Notes: generated by a model not told the origin, from the sequence alone. 57,039 nucleotides of DNA from Thermoanaerobaculia bacterium (GCA_035260525.1 DATFVB010000156.1:1-57039); one strand, 5' to 3'; shown: positions 39,150 through 47,884, counted from the stretch's first letter. Translations and numbers: made by a program.

Positions 39150-40396
39150 CGCGGCCGTCGCGCCCGCCGGGCCCGGCGGAGCGCGCCGCCGAGCCACCGC
39201 TCGTCGGTGCGCCGCAGCGCTCCCTTCCACCCCTGGGCCCGGAACCAGCGGTCGTGCGCCTCCTGGCGGGCGATCAGCCGTCCGATCGCGGCGGCGAGGT
39301 CCCGGCGGCCCGCGTCGCGCGCAGCGGGGGCGAGCTCGTCCCAGTAATAGCTCATGATCCGGAACCCTTCGAGAGGCGCGATCGCATCGATCGTCTCGGC
39401 CGAAACGCGTCCCGGGGGAAACGTCGGCGGTTCCTCGATTCCGGCGCCGACGAGGAGCGAGACGCGGGTCCGCACGCACTTCTCACAGGCTCCGCAGTTC
39501 GCCGTCTCGCCGGGGAGGGGGCCCTGGCCGCACACGTAGAGCGACGCGAGAGCCGCCGGCCATCGGGCGATCGCCGCCGTCTTCCGGAGGCGCGACGATT
39601 CGATTCCCCGGTGGTGGACGGCGACGGCGGCGGTGCCGAAGTTCGGGTCGATGAGCGGGTGCGATCCCCAGGCCCGGAGGCCCTGAACCAGGTCGTGCGA
39701 AGCGCTGATCGTCACGTCGGTCAGATCCCGCCCGGCGGCTATTCCGGCGGCCGCGAGCAGCGAACCGTGCGTCCACCGCATATGGCCCTCGGCCTCCGGC
39801 TCCAGAACGGCGGCGTTCGTGGAGACTTCCGATCGTTCCAGGCCGGCGGCGTCTGCGATCGCCCAGACCGAGCGAGAGCTGCGGGCTTCGACGTGCGCGC
39901 GGCGTTCCGGAGAGGAGTCGACCGGAAAAATGAAGTCGCCCAGGCGGACCGCCTCGCGAAACGAGAGCGGGTGGTCGACCGGAAGATCGCGACGGTTCCG
40001 GAGGATCTCGAAGGTCGAGTCGATCCCCCCCGAAGCGAGAATCGCCGCGCGGCGGCGCGCCGCCGGACGCGGAGGAACGAAACCGCCCGCCGGCTCGATC
40101 GCGGGCGTCGGCCCGGGATGCCGATGCCACGCGCCGAGGAGCGCGGCGGCCGCGGCGATCCCGTCGCGCAACCGCGGGCAGACGCTTCCCTCGACCGCGA
40201 TCCGCCGTTCTCCCCGGCGGTACGCCGGCATCGCCGCCGCGGCGACGAACGCATTCGCGTCGACTTCGCGCCCCGACGGCCCGGCGACGTCGAAAAAGAC
40301 GACGAACGCGGGCCGGTCCGCCTCTTCCCAGACGATCGTCGCCTCGGTCCGCACGCGCCCGGCGGCGGAGGCCGTCCGAAATCCTTCGATCCTCAC
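39146..40396 (-). CDS. Tandem-array paralog 4 of 10
   Basis: 416 aa, an exact ORF in the track. Motifs are 'GERRIAVEGSVCPRL', 'LASGGIDST', 'WGSHPLIDP', 'VCGQGPLPGETANCGACEKC' and 'QGWKGALRRTDERWLGG'. Confidence 0.88.
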   Translation of the reverse strand: MRIEGFRTASAAGRVRTEATIVWEEADRPAFVVFFDVAGPSGREVDANAFVAAAAMPAYRRGERRIAVEGSVCPRLRDGIAAAAALLGAWHRHPGPTPAIEPAGGFVPPRPAARRRAAILASGGIDSTFEILRNRRDLPVDHPLSFREAVRLGDFIFPVDSSPERRAHVEARSSRSVWAIADAAGLERSEVSTNAAVLEPEAEGHMRWTHGSLLAAAGIAAGRDLTDVTISASHDLVQGLRAWGSHPLIDPNFGTAAVAVHHRGIESSRLRKTAAIARWPAALASLYVCGQGPLPGETANCGACEKCVRTRVSLLVGAGIEEPPTFPPGRVSAETIDAIAPLEGFRIMSYYWDELAPAARDAGRRDLAAAIGRLIARQEAHDRWFRAQGWKGALRRTDERWLGGALRRARRARRPR

Positions 40397-41631
40397 GCGA
40401 AGAGCCTGCGGTAGAGCTTTTTGATCCGGCCGCCGAGGACGTCGCGGTCGAAACGCCGGATCGCGCCGGTCCAGTCGACGCCTTCCACCCGCTGCCGGTG
40501 GTGGATTGTCGCGCGGATCTTCCGCTCGATCGCGGAGGCGAGGTCACCGCGTCCGCGCGCGCGGATCGGGTCGACGAGCGTTCCCCAGAAATATTCCGTT
40601 CCGTTGTCGAACTCGAGACCGCGGATCGTCTCCGCGGTCACGCGCACGGACGGGAAGGACCGCGCGTGCTCGAGCACGCCGCTCGCTTCCATCTCGACGA
40701 GCGTCCGAACGCACTTGGTGCACCGGCCGCAGTTGATCGACGCGCCGGCGGGAGCGTTGCCGCAGCAGATCAGCCGCGCGAGCGCGGCGGTCCGTTCTCG
40801 GAGGCGTGCGACCTTCTCGACGCGGCGGAGCCCGAGCGCCTCGTGCCGGATCGCCAGCGCCGCGCTTCCGTAGCTCGGGTCGAGGAGCGGGTGGCTTCCC
40901 CACGGCACGAGGTGCTCGCCGGGCCACGAGGAGCCGAGGGCGACGGTGCTGAAGCGTCCGGCCAGCAGGTGCGCGCCCGATAGGAGCGCGGCTCCGAGAA
41001 AGCGGTGGGCGAAGAACGCGAGATCGTCGTCCAGGCGCCGCAGGTTCGTCGTGATCGGCGCGAGCCTCACGCCGACGTCGGCCGCGATCTCGCGGAGCGG
41101 GATCTCGAGGCGGGCGTACTGCGAGACGGCCCACGGCGACTCCTCCGCTCCCGGGTAGTCGAGCCCCCGGATCCACAGCGCGTGCGAGAAGCGAGCAGGA
41201 TGGCCGGCCGGGAAGTCCTCCCGGTTGGAATAGAAGAGGTGGAGGGAGTCGATGCCGCCGGTCAGGTAACCCGCGGAGGCCGGCTCGGCGCGCGGAGTCG
41301 CCGCCCTCCATGCGTCGCGGGGCTCGATGCGGGGGACCGGCCCCGTGGCCGGGTGCCAGGACCGGATCACTCCCCCGACGGCCTCGAGGCCCGCCGCGAG
41401 GAGCGGACACACCGCGCCTTCGACGGCGATCCGCCGTTCCCCGTGGCGCAGCGCCGGCACGAACGCGGCGGCGACGAACGCGTTCGGGTCCGGGAAGGCG
41501 TCGGCCGCGAGGTCCTCGTCGAGGTCCCACCAGATCTCGACGGGCGGGCGGTGCGAGTCCTCCCAGACGACGGTCGCCGCGAAACGCGTCCCGAAGGTCC
41601 CCGGTCCCGTCCGGATCCCGCCGATCCTCAT
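40393..41631 (-). CDS. Tandem-array paralog 5 of 10
   Basis: 412 aa. Motifs are 'GERRIAVEGAVCPLL', 'YLTGGIDSL', 'WGSHPLLDP', 'CCGNAPAGASINCGRCTKC' and 'VDWTGAIRRFDRDVLGG'. Confidence 0.85.
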   Translation of the reverse strand: MRIGGIRTGPGTFGTRFAATVVWEDSHRPPVEIWWDLDEDLAADAFPDPNAFVAAAFVPALRHGERRIAVEGAVCPLLAAGLEAVGGVIRSWHPATGPVPRIEPRDAWRAATPRAEPASAGYLTGGIDSLHLFYSNREDFPAGHPARFSHALWIRGLDYPGAEESPWAVSQYARLEIPLREIAADVGVRLAPITTNLRRLDDDLAFFAHRFLGAALLSGAHLLAGRFSTVALGSSWPGEHLVPWGSHPLLDPSYGSAALAIRHEALGLRRVEKVARLRERTAALARLICCGNAPAGASINCGRCTKCVRTLVEMEASGVLEHARSFPSVRVTAETIRGLEFDNGTEYFWGTLVDPIRARGRGDLASAIERKIRATIHHRQRVEGVDWTGAIRRFDRDVLGGRIKKLYRRLFA

Positions 41632-42884
41632 GCGGACCGCCGGCTCCGCAGGCGCCGACTCGACTGGAGGAGCGCCGACCCGAGGAAACGGCGGTCGAGT
41701 CGGCGAAGCATTCCCTTCCAGCCGCGGTGAAAGCGCCACGCGTCGGCGACGTGCGCCCGGGAGACGAGCTCCTCGGCTGCCGACGCGAGCTCGCTTTGAC
41801 CTCGCGCGCGAAACGACTCCACGATCTCGCTCCAGAAATCGGCGACCGCCCACGGGTGAAGGCCGGTGCTCAGTTTCCGCAGGAGCGCGGGCGTGAGGTC
41901 GGTCTCGTCGAAGCTCGCCGCCCGGGCCGCCGTCGGCCCGAGCGCGGCGAGGGTCCGCACGCACTTCTCGCATCGTCCGCAGTTGAGCGAACCGGAGCCG
42001 AGGGGCCCGCGGGTACAGACCATCAGCGAAGCGAGGGCCTCCGGCCAGGCGGCGATCCGGCCGGCTTTCCCGATCCGCGGCGTCTCGATCCCCTCGTGGA
42101 ACACCGCCAGCGCGCTTCCGGAATAGAGCGGATCGAGAACGGGATGCGAGCCCCAGGCACGCAGGTTCGCGGCGTCGAGACCGGCCGCGATCGTCGCGGA
42201 GGAGATCCGACGCGAGAGGAGGTGTGCGACGGACGAAAGCATCGCGGCGTGATACTTCGCGCAGAAGAAGCCGATGTCGTCCTCGAGCACGCGCAGGTTC
42301 GTGCGAACGAAGATCGGATGGAGATCCGCGGCCGCGGCGAAGGCCGTCGTTGCTTTCTGCGTGCGGCGCCAGTAATCGCGCGCCCGCGGCGAGTCGTCCG
42401 TCGGCTCGAAGATGTACCCCTCCAGGACGACCGCGTCGCGCAACGACGCGGGGTGCTCGCGGGGATAGCGGTCGCGGTTGTGCGCGACCGCGAAAAGCGA
42501 ATCGAGGCCGCCGGAGAGGAAGACTCCGGCTCGGGGGACCGGCGGCGGGAACCGCGGCGCCGTGCCGCGAGAGGACTCGATGACGGGCGCGGGAAGAGCG
42601 GCGGAGAACCAGCGAGCGAGGAGCCTCGCCGCCGCCGCGAGCCCTTCGGCGAGCCTCGGGCAGAGCGTCCCCTCGACGATAAGGCGACGCTCTCCGTGGT
42701 GCTGCGCGACGACGGCCGCCGCGACGGCGAAACCGTCGAGCTCTTCCGTGAGCGCGGGACCGAGCGCCGGCGCGACCTCGGCCCAGATTTTCCGCGGGCG
42801 CCGATCGGAGTCCTCCCACGCGATCGTCGCGGCCACGCGGACCGCGTCGGCCGTCTCCTCGCGCCGGAGGTCGAATAGCCTCAT
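41628..42884 (-). CDS. Tandem-array paralog 6 of 10
   Basis: 418 aa. Motifs are 'GERRLIVEGTLCPRL', 'FLSGGLDSL', 'WGSHPVLDP', 'VCTRGPLGSGSLNCGRCEKC' and 'RGWKGMLRRLDRRFLGS'. Confidence 0.85.
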   Translation of the reverse strand: MRLFDLRREETADAVRVAATIAWEDSDRRPRKIWAEVAPALGPALTEELDGFAVAAAVVAQHHGERRLIVEGTLCPRLAEGLAAAARLLARWFSAALPAPVIESSRGTAPRFPPPVPRAGVFLSGGLDSLFAVAHNRDRYPREHPASLRDAVVLEGYIFEPTDDSPRARDYWRRTQKATTAFAAAADLHPIFVRTNLRVLEDDIGFFCAKYHAAMLSSVAHLLSRRISSATIAAGLDAANLRAWGSHPVLDPLYSGSALAVFHEGIETPRIGKAGRIAAWPEALASLMVCTRGPLGSGSLNCGRCEKCVRTLAALGPTAARAASFDETDLTPALLRKLSTGLHPWAVADFWSEIVESFRARGQSELASAAEELVSRAHVADAWRFHRGWKGMLRRLDRRFLGSALLQSSRRLRSRRSA

Positions 42885-44131
42885 GGGCGCGCGCCCGTCA
42901 GGAGGAGTCTTCGGGCGCGGAGGAGCCGCCCGCCGAAGAGTTTCCGATCGGTCCGGCGAAGGACGCCGCGCCACCCCGCGTCCGCGTGCCAGCGCCGAAC
43001 GGCCCGCGCCCGCACCCCGCGGCGCTCGACGGCGCGCGCGAGGTCCGCGCGTCCGCGCCGTCTCAGGGGCTCGACGAGCGGCAGCCAGAAGAACTCGAGG
43101 TCGGGAGCAACGGCGGCCGACTCGACGGCGGCCGGGGAGAGCTCCACCGCGAAGGACCCGGCGCCGGCCGGCGCGCCCGCGGCCGCGAGCTCGGTCATCG
43201 TCCGCACGCACTTCTCGCACCGCCCGCAGTTGAGCGCCGGCCCCGGCAGCGGTCCTTCGTGGCAGACGAGGAGGCGGGGGAGGAGCTCCGGCCGCGCCGC
43301 GATCGCCTCGATCTTCTCCAGACGCGTGCGGTCCGCGCCCTCGTGCCGGATCTCGAGCGCGCCGGAGGAAAAGAGCGGGTCGAGGAGCGGATGCGAACCG
43401 GCGGGGGTGAGCATCGCCGGGATTTCGTGCCCGGACGCGAGCGCGACCGACGTCCAGCGCGACGAGAAGAGGTGGGCCATCGACGCGTAAGCCGCGGCGA
43501 AGTATTCGCGGCCGGAGAACGCGACGTTCGATTCGACGGCGAGGAGATTCGTGTCGACCCGGGTCAACGGGACCTCGAGTGCGGCGGCGAGCGCCGTGGA
43601 GGCGCGGGCCGCCCGGTCGCGGAGATCGCGATCGGCGGACGAGCCGGGCGGATGGACGTAAGGAAAGCCCGAGACGTGGAGCGCGTCCCGGATCGAGGCC
43701 GGATGGTTCGCGTCGAACCGCGAACGGTTTCGGAGGAGAACGTCGAGGGAGTCCGCGCCCCCGGACAGGAAGCACGCCGCCCGCGGCGGGGGCGGGGCGG
43801 GCGCGCGGAATCCCTCGGAGGGCTCGATCCCCGGGAGCGTCCGCGGCTCTTCGTACCACGATTGGACCAGACCGGCCGCCGCCTCGAGCCCGTCGCGGAG
43901 GCGCGGGCAGACGGCTCCGTCGATCGCGACGCGGCGTTCGCCGTGGCGCATCGCCGGGAACGCGGCGGCCAGGAGAAAGGCGTTGGCGTCCGGCTGGAGC
44001 GATTCCGCCGCTTCCCCCTCCGCCGCGTAGACGATCTCGACGGGAATCCGGCCGGAATCCTCCCAGATCACCGTCGCGCCGACCTCGACGCGGGCGCCCG
44101 CCCGGGTGCGCCGGAGCCGCTCGATCCTCAA
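42881..44131 (-). CDS. Tandem-array paralog 7 of 10 (TTG start)
   Basis: 416 aa. The TTG at 44129-44131 overlaps the stop of paralog 8 (TTGA) and aligns with the M-R-I start of its siblings. Motifs are 'GERRVAIDGAVCPRL', 'FLSGGADSL', 'AGSHPLLDP', 'VCHEGPLPGPALNCGRCEKC' and 'AGWRGVLRRTDRKLFGG'. Confidence 0.8.
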   Translation of the reverse strand: MRIERLRRTRAGARVEVGATVIWEDSGRIPVEIVYAAEGEAAESLQPDANAFLLAAAFPAMRHGERRVAIDGAVCPRLRDGLEAAAGLVQSWYEEPRTLPGIEPSEGFRAPAPPPPRAACFLSGGADSLDVLLRNRSRFDANHPASIRDALHVSGFPYVHPPGSSADRDLRDRAARASTALAAALEVPLTRVDTNLLAVESNVAFSGREYFAAAYASMAHLFSSRWTSVALASGHEIPAMLTPAGSHPLLDPLFSSGALEIRHEGADRTRLEKIEAIAARPELLPRLLVCHEGPLPGPALNCGRCEKCVRTMTELAAAGAPAGAGSFAVELSPAAVESAAVAPDLEFFWLPLVEPLRRRGRADLARAVERRGVRARAVRRWHADAGWRGVLRRTDRKLFGGRLLRARRLLLTGARP

Positions 44132-45378
44132 CTCGCCGGCCCCGGGCGAAGCAAACGGCGCGCGTCGAGCAGCGCCGATCGGAAATGCTTTCGATCCAGG
44201 CGGCGAAGCCGGCCTTTCCATCCCGCGTCGCGAGTCCACGCCCGGACCCGGTCCATCTGCGCGATCTTCTCCGCGATCGCACTCGCGAGGTCGGACCGCC
44301 CGGCCCGGCGGAGCCGCTCCGGAAGCGGGCGCCAGAAGAAGGCCGTGTGAGGATCCGCGCGGAGCGCCCGGATCGACTCCGCGGTGAGGCAACCTTCCGG
44401 GAACGCATTCGCGGGCGCTCCCGCGAGGAGGAGCTCGATCTGGCTGTGCAGGCATTTCTCGCACCGGCCGCAGTTGGCGCCCGGCGCATCGAGGGGCGTG
44501 GTCAGGCAGACGTGGAGGTGGGGGAGGAGATCGGGGCGCCGCGCGAGCGACGCCGCCTTCTCGATCCGTCCCCGGTCCGCTCCCGCGTGCCGGAACCGCA
44601 GCGCGCCCGTCGAGAAGAGCGGGTCGAGCAGCGGGTGCGACCCGAGCGGGTCGAGCCTCACGCCGAGCTGCTGCGCCGACGCGTAGGAAACCTCCGTGAG
44701 CCGGCGCGAGAACAGATGCGCGACCGCGGCGTAGGCGCTGCCGAACCATTCCTGGCGGAAAAAAAGGAAGTCGCGGTCCAGCTCGCCCAGGTTCGTGCGC
44801 ACGAGCGACAGCGGCGCGTCGAGCCGGCGGGCGAGCGCGGCGGCCGCCGTGCGACCGCGCGACACGAAGCTCTCGCTCGAAGGCGATCCGGGCGGCCCCG
44901 TCCAGGGAAGGCCGGAGACGTGCAGCGCGTCCTCGAAGCGAGCGGGATGTCCCGGGGGGAAGTAGGCGCGGTTGCGCACGAAGACGTCGAGGGAATCCAT
45001 TCCGCCCGACAGGAACGCCGCGGCGCGCGGGACCGGCGCCGGAGCCGGGGAAATGAATCCTTCCGCCGGCTCGATCGCGGGAAGCGTCCGGGGAGCGCCG
45101 TACCACGATTTCAGGACCGTGGCGGCGGCGCGAAGCCCGTCGCGCAGCGCGGGGCACACCGTCCCTTCGACGGCGATCCGCCGCTCGCCGTGCCGCATCG
45201 CCGGAAACGCCGCGGCGAGGAGCATCGCGTCGGGATCGGCGCGGAGCGACGACGCCGCGGCGCCGCGCGCCTCGAAGAAGAGGTCGAAAGGCTCGCGGGC
45301 CGCGTCTTCCCATCGAATTCGTGCGGACGCGCGCGCGCCGTCTCCCGTCACGCGGCAGTCGAGAGCGTCGATCCTCAT
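44128..45378 (-). CDS. Tandem-array paralog 8 of 10
   Basis: 416 aa. Motifs are 'GERRIAVEGTVCPAL', 'FLSGGMDSL', 'LGSHPLLDP', 'VCLTTPLDAPGANCGRCEKC' and 'AGWKGRLRRLDRKHFRS'. Confidence 0.85.
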   Translation of the reverse strand: MRIDALDCRVTGDGARASARIRWEDAAREPFDLFFEARGAAASSLRADPDAMLLAAAFPAMRHGERRIAVEGTVCPALRDGLRAAATVLKSWYGAPRTLPAIEPAEGFISPAPAPVPRAAAFLSGGMDSLDVFVRNRAYFPPGHPARFEDALHVSGLPWTGPPGSPSSESFVSRGRTAAAALARRLDAPLSLVRTNLGELDRDFLFFRQEWFGSAYAAVAHLFSRRLTEVSYASAQQLGVRLDPLGSHPLLDPLFSTGALRFRHAGADRGRIEKAASLARRPDLLPHLHVCLTTPLDAPGANCGRCEKCLHSQIELLLAGAPANAFPEGCLTAESIRALRADPHTAFFWRPLPERLRRAGRSDLASAIAEKIAQMDRVRAWTRDAGWKGRLRRLDRKHFRSALLDARRLLRPGPAS

Positions 45379-46628
45379 GGCGCTCCGGCCCGCCGGACGG
45401 CGCGCGCCGCCGCGGCGAGGCTTCCGTGGAGGAACATCCGATCGAAGCGCTTGACGAGGCCCTTCCAGTCCTCCTCGTCGCGCCATCGGCGGAAACGACG
45501 CGCGGCGTCGAGCTTCTCCTCGACGATCGCCGCGAGATCGTCTCGTCCCGCCCGGCGAAGAGGAACGACGAGCTCCTCCCAGAACTCCTCGAATCCGGTC
45601 GTCCACTCGAGCGCGCGGAGGGCTTCGGGCGAGACGTCGCTCTCGGAAAACGTTTCGGCTTCCGCGAGCCGGCCGAGAACGAGGAGTCCCACCGCTGTCC
45701 GCAGGCACTTTTCGCAGGCGCCGCAGTTGAGGCGCTCCCGCGGCGGCGGCCGCCAGTTGCACGTCTGGAGGCGCCGCAGCCCCTCCGGCCATTCCGCGAC
45801 GACGGCGAGCTTCTCGAGCCGCGTGCGGCCCGCGCCGTCGTGCCGGATCGCGAGCGCGGAGCTCGCGTAGTTCGGGTCGAGCAGCGGGTGCGATGCGCAC
45901 GGGAGGAGATGGCCGAGGTCGTAGGAGGAGGGAATCGACAGCGCCGATATCCGCGCGGTCAACGCGTGTCCCGCCGCGGCGAGCGCGGCGCCGAAGAAGT
46001 CGTGGATGTAGAAGTCGAGGTCGTCGTCGAGCTCGCGCAGGTTGAAGCGCATCGGGACGAGGTCGATCCCGCACTCGCGCGCGAGCCCCGACAGCGACGC
46101 GACGCGCCGGTCGAAGCGCTCGAACTCGAGCGGGCTCGAGTCGGGGAGCCCGAAGTCGTGTCCGAGGATCAGGATCCCGTCGCGGATCGACGCCGGGTGC
46201 TCCCGCGGGATCTCGAGGAGGTTCATCCGGAGCGTGAAGAGCGAGTCGACGCCGCCCGAGAAGAACGCGGCGGCGCGCGGAGGGTTCCGCCGCGGCGGCG
46301 GGCGGAAGCCCTCGGACGCTTCGATCGCGATCTCGGGACGGGGGGCCCCCCTCCACGAGGCGAGAACCGTGAGCGCCCCGCGGAGCCCCTCGCGCAGCTC
46401 GGGACAGACGGCGCCTTCGACCCGGATCCGCCGCTCTCCGTGGCGCGCCGCGGGAACGATGCATCCCGTGACGAACGCGTCGGGGCTGGGCGAGAGCGCG
46501 TCGGCGAGGCCTTCGTCGGTCTCGAAGCAGACCGTCCGGGAGGGGCGGTCGGCGTCCTCCCAGACCACGTCCGCGGCCACCCTCGCCCGCCCGTTCGACC
46601 GCTCGCGTCGGAGAGCGGAGATCCTCAT
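45375..46628 (-). CDS. Tandem-array paralog 9 of 10
   Basis: 417 aa. Motifs are 'GERRIRVEGAVCPEL', 'FFSGGVDSL', 'CASHPLLDP', 'TCNWRPPPRERLNCGACEKC' and 'EDWKGLVKRFDRMFLHG'. Confidence 0.85.
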   Translation of the reverse strand: MRISALRRERSNGRARVAADVVWEDADRPSRTVCFETDEGLADALSPSPDAFVTGCIVPAARHGERRIRVEGAVCPELREGLRGALTVLASWRGAPRPEIAIEASEGFRPPPRRNPPRAAAFFSGGVDSLFTLRMNLLEIPREHPASIRDGILILGHDFGLPDSSPLEFERFDRRVASLSGLARECGIDLVPMRFNLRELDDDLDFYIHDFFGAALAAAGHALTARISALSIPSSYDLGHLLPCASHPLLDPNYASSALAIRHDGAGRTRLEKLAVVAEWPEGLRRLQTCNWRPPPRERLNCGACEKCLRTAVGLLVLGRLAEAETFSESDVSPEALRALEWTTGFEEFWEELVVPLRRAGRDDLAAIVEEKLDAARRFRRWRDEEDWKGLVKRFDRMFLHGSLAAAARAVRRAGAP

Positions 46629-47884
46629 GAGGCGGGCCAGGGGACCCGGCCCAGGACCCGCCGGCCGAGCTCCATGCCTCGCCCGCCGAGGACGCGAGCG
46701 TCGAGCCGGCGGAGGGCTCCTCTCCAGCCGTCTCCGAGAACCCATGCTCTTCGACGCCTCGCCGCCGCTGCGAACCGGGCGGCCGCGCGCGCGAGATCGT
46801 CGCGGCCGGCCTCCCGGAGCGGCGCGACCAGGGGCGCCCAGAAGACCGCGGAGTCGTCGTGGAGCTCCGAGCGCCAGATCCGCTCCGCGGTCAGGGTCCC
46901 GCGCGGAAACGACTCCGCGCGGTCGAGCGCGCCGCAGACGAGGATCTCCGCCAGCGTGCGCAGACACTTCTCGCATCGGCCGCAGTTCGGCGCCTCGGGC
47001 GCCGGCCAGGAGTGACAGACGAAGAGGTGGCGCAGCGCGGGGTGAGCGGCGATCCCGCGGACCTTCTCGAGCCGGCTCCGATCGGCGCCGTCGTGCCGGA
47101 TCTCGACGGCGCCGGTCGAGAAGAGCGCGTCGAGCTCCGGGTGCGACCCGGAAGGCATCAGCCCGGACGCGAGGTGGTGTGCCGACGCGAAGGACGCGCT
47201 CGTCACGGTGCCCGCGAGCAGGTGTACGCCCGAGAGGAAGGCCGATCCGTACCACCGCCGCTGGAAGAACATGTAGCTCGGCTCGATCTCGACGAGGTTC
47301 GTCCGGATCTCGACGAAGCGCGATCCCGTCGCGCGAGCCATCGCTTCCGCGGCCCTTCGGCTACGCTCCGAGACGCTCTCCACGGCGGGAGAGCCGGGCG
47401 GGCCGACGTAGCCGACCCCCGAAACGTGGACGACGTCCCGGAACGAAGCGAGATCGGGAGGCGGGAACCGCGAACGGTTCCGGAGGAGCAGGTCGAGCGA
47501 GTCGACGCCTCCCGAAAGGAGAACGGCGGCGCGCGGCATCTCTGCCTTCCGGGGTGCCGCGAAGCCGCGCGAAGGCTCGACAAGGGCAGAGACGCGCCGG
47601 TCGCGATACCAGGAGCCGAGGAGGGCGAGGGCCGAGGAGAGGCCGTCGCGGAGCCGCGGGCAGATCGTCCCCTCGATCGCGACGCGCCGCTCGCCGCGCC
47701 CGAACGCCGGGACGGCGCACGCGAGGAGGAACGCTTCGGCGGCGGGGCGGACGTCGCTGCCGGCTTCGCCGTCGACTTCGAACCAGAGCGTCATCGGCGG
47801 GCGATCGACCTCCTCCCATTCGACGCGGGCCGAGGCGCGGACGCCGTTCGGGATGGAGGTCCTCTGGAGGTCGGTGATCTTCAA
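46625..47884 (-). CDS. Tandem-array paralog 10 of 10 (first transcribed; TTG start)
   Basis: 419 aa, an exact ORF in the track. The start codon at 47882-47884 is TTG. Motifs are 'GERRVAIEGTICPRL', 'LLSGGVDSL', 'SGSHPELDA', 'VCHSWPAPEAPNCGRCEKC' and 'DGWRGALRRLDARVLGG'. Confidence 0.85.
   Translation of the reverse strand: MKITDLQRTSIPNGVRASARVEWEEVDRPPMTLWFEVDGEAGSDVRPAAEAFLLACAVPAFGRGERRVAIEGTICPRLRDGLSSALALLGSWYRDRRVSALVEPSRGFAAPRKAEMPRAAVLLSGGVDSLDLLLRNRSRFPPPDLASFRDVVHVSGVGYVGPPGSPAVESVSERSRRAAEAMARATGSRFVEIRTNLVEIEPSYMFFQRRWYGSAFLSGVHLLAGTVTSASFASAHHLASGLMPSGSHPELDALFSTGAVEIRHDGADRSRLEKVRGIAAHPALRHLFVCHSWPAPEAPNCGRCEKCLRTLAEILVCGALDRAESFPRGTLTAERIWRSELHDDSAVFWAPLVAPLREAGRDDLARAAARFAAAARRRRAWVLGDGWRGALRRLDARVLGGRGMELGRRVLGRVPWPAS

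Noticed and set aside
35405-47884. The ~1.25-kb periodicity as a CRISPR array, satellite, or assembly artefact of a collapsed or expanded repeat.
   Set aside because: The period is gene-sized, and each unit is a full ORF. The units are diverged at nucleotide level, with only short islands conserved. No short direct repeat/spacer structure exists. Mis-assembly would produce near-identical units.
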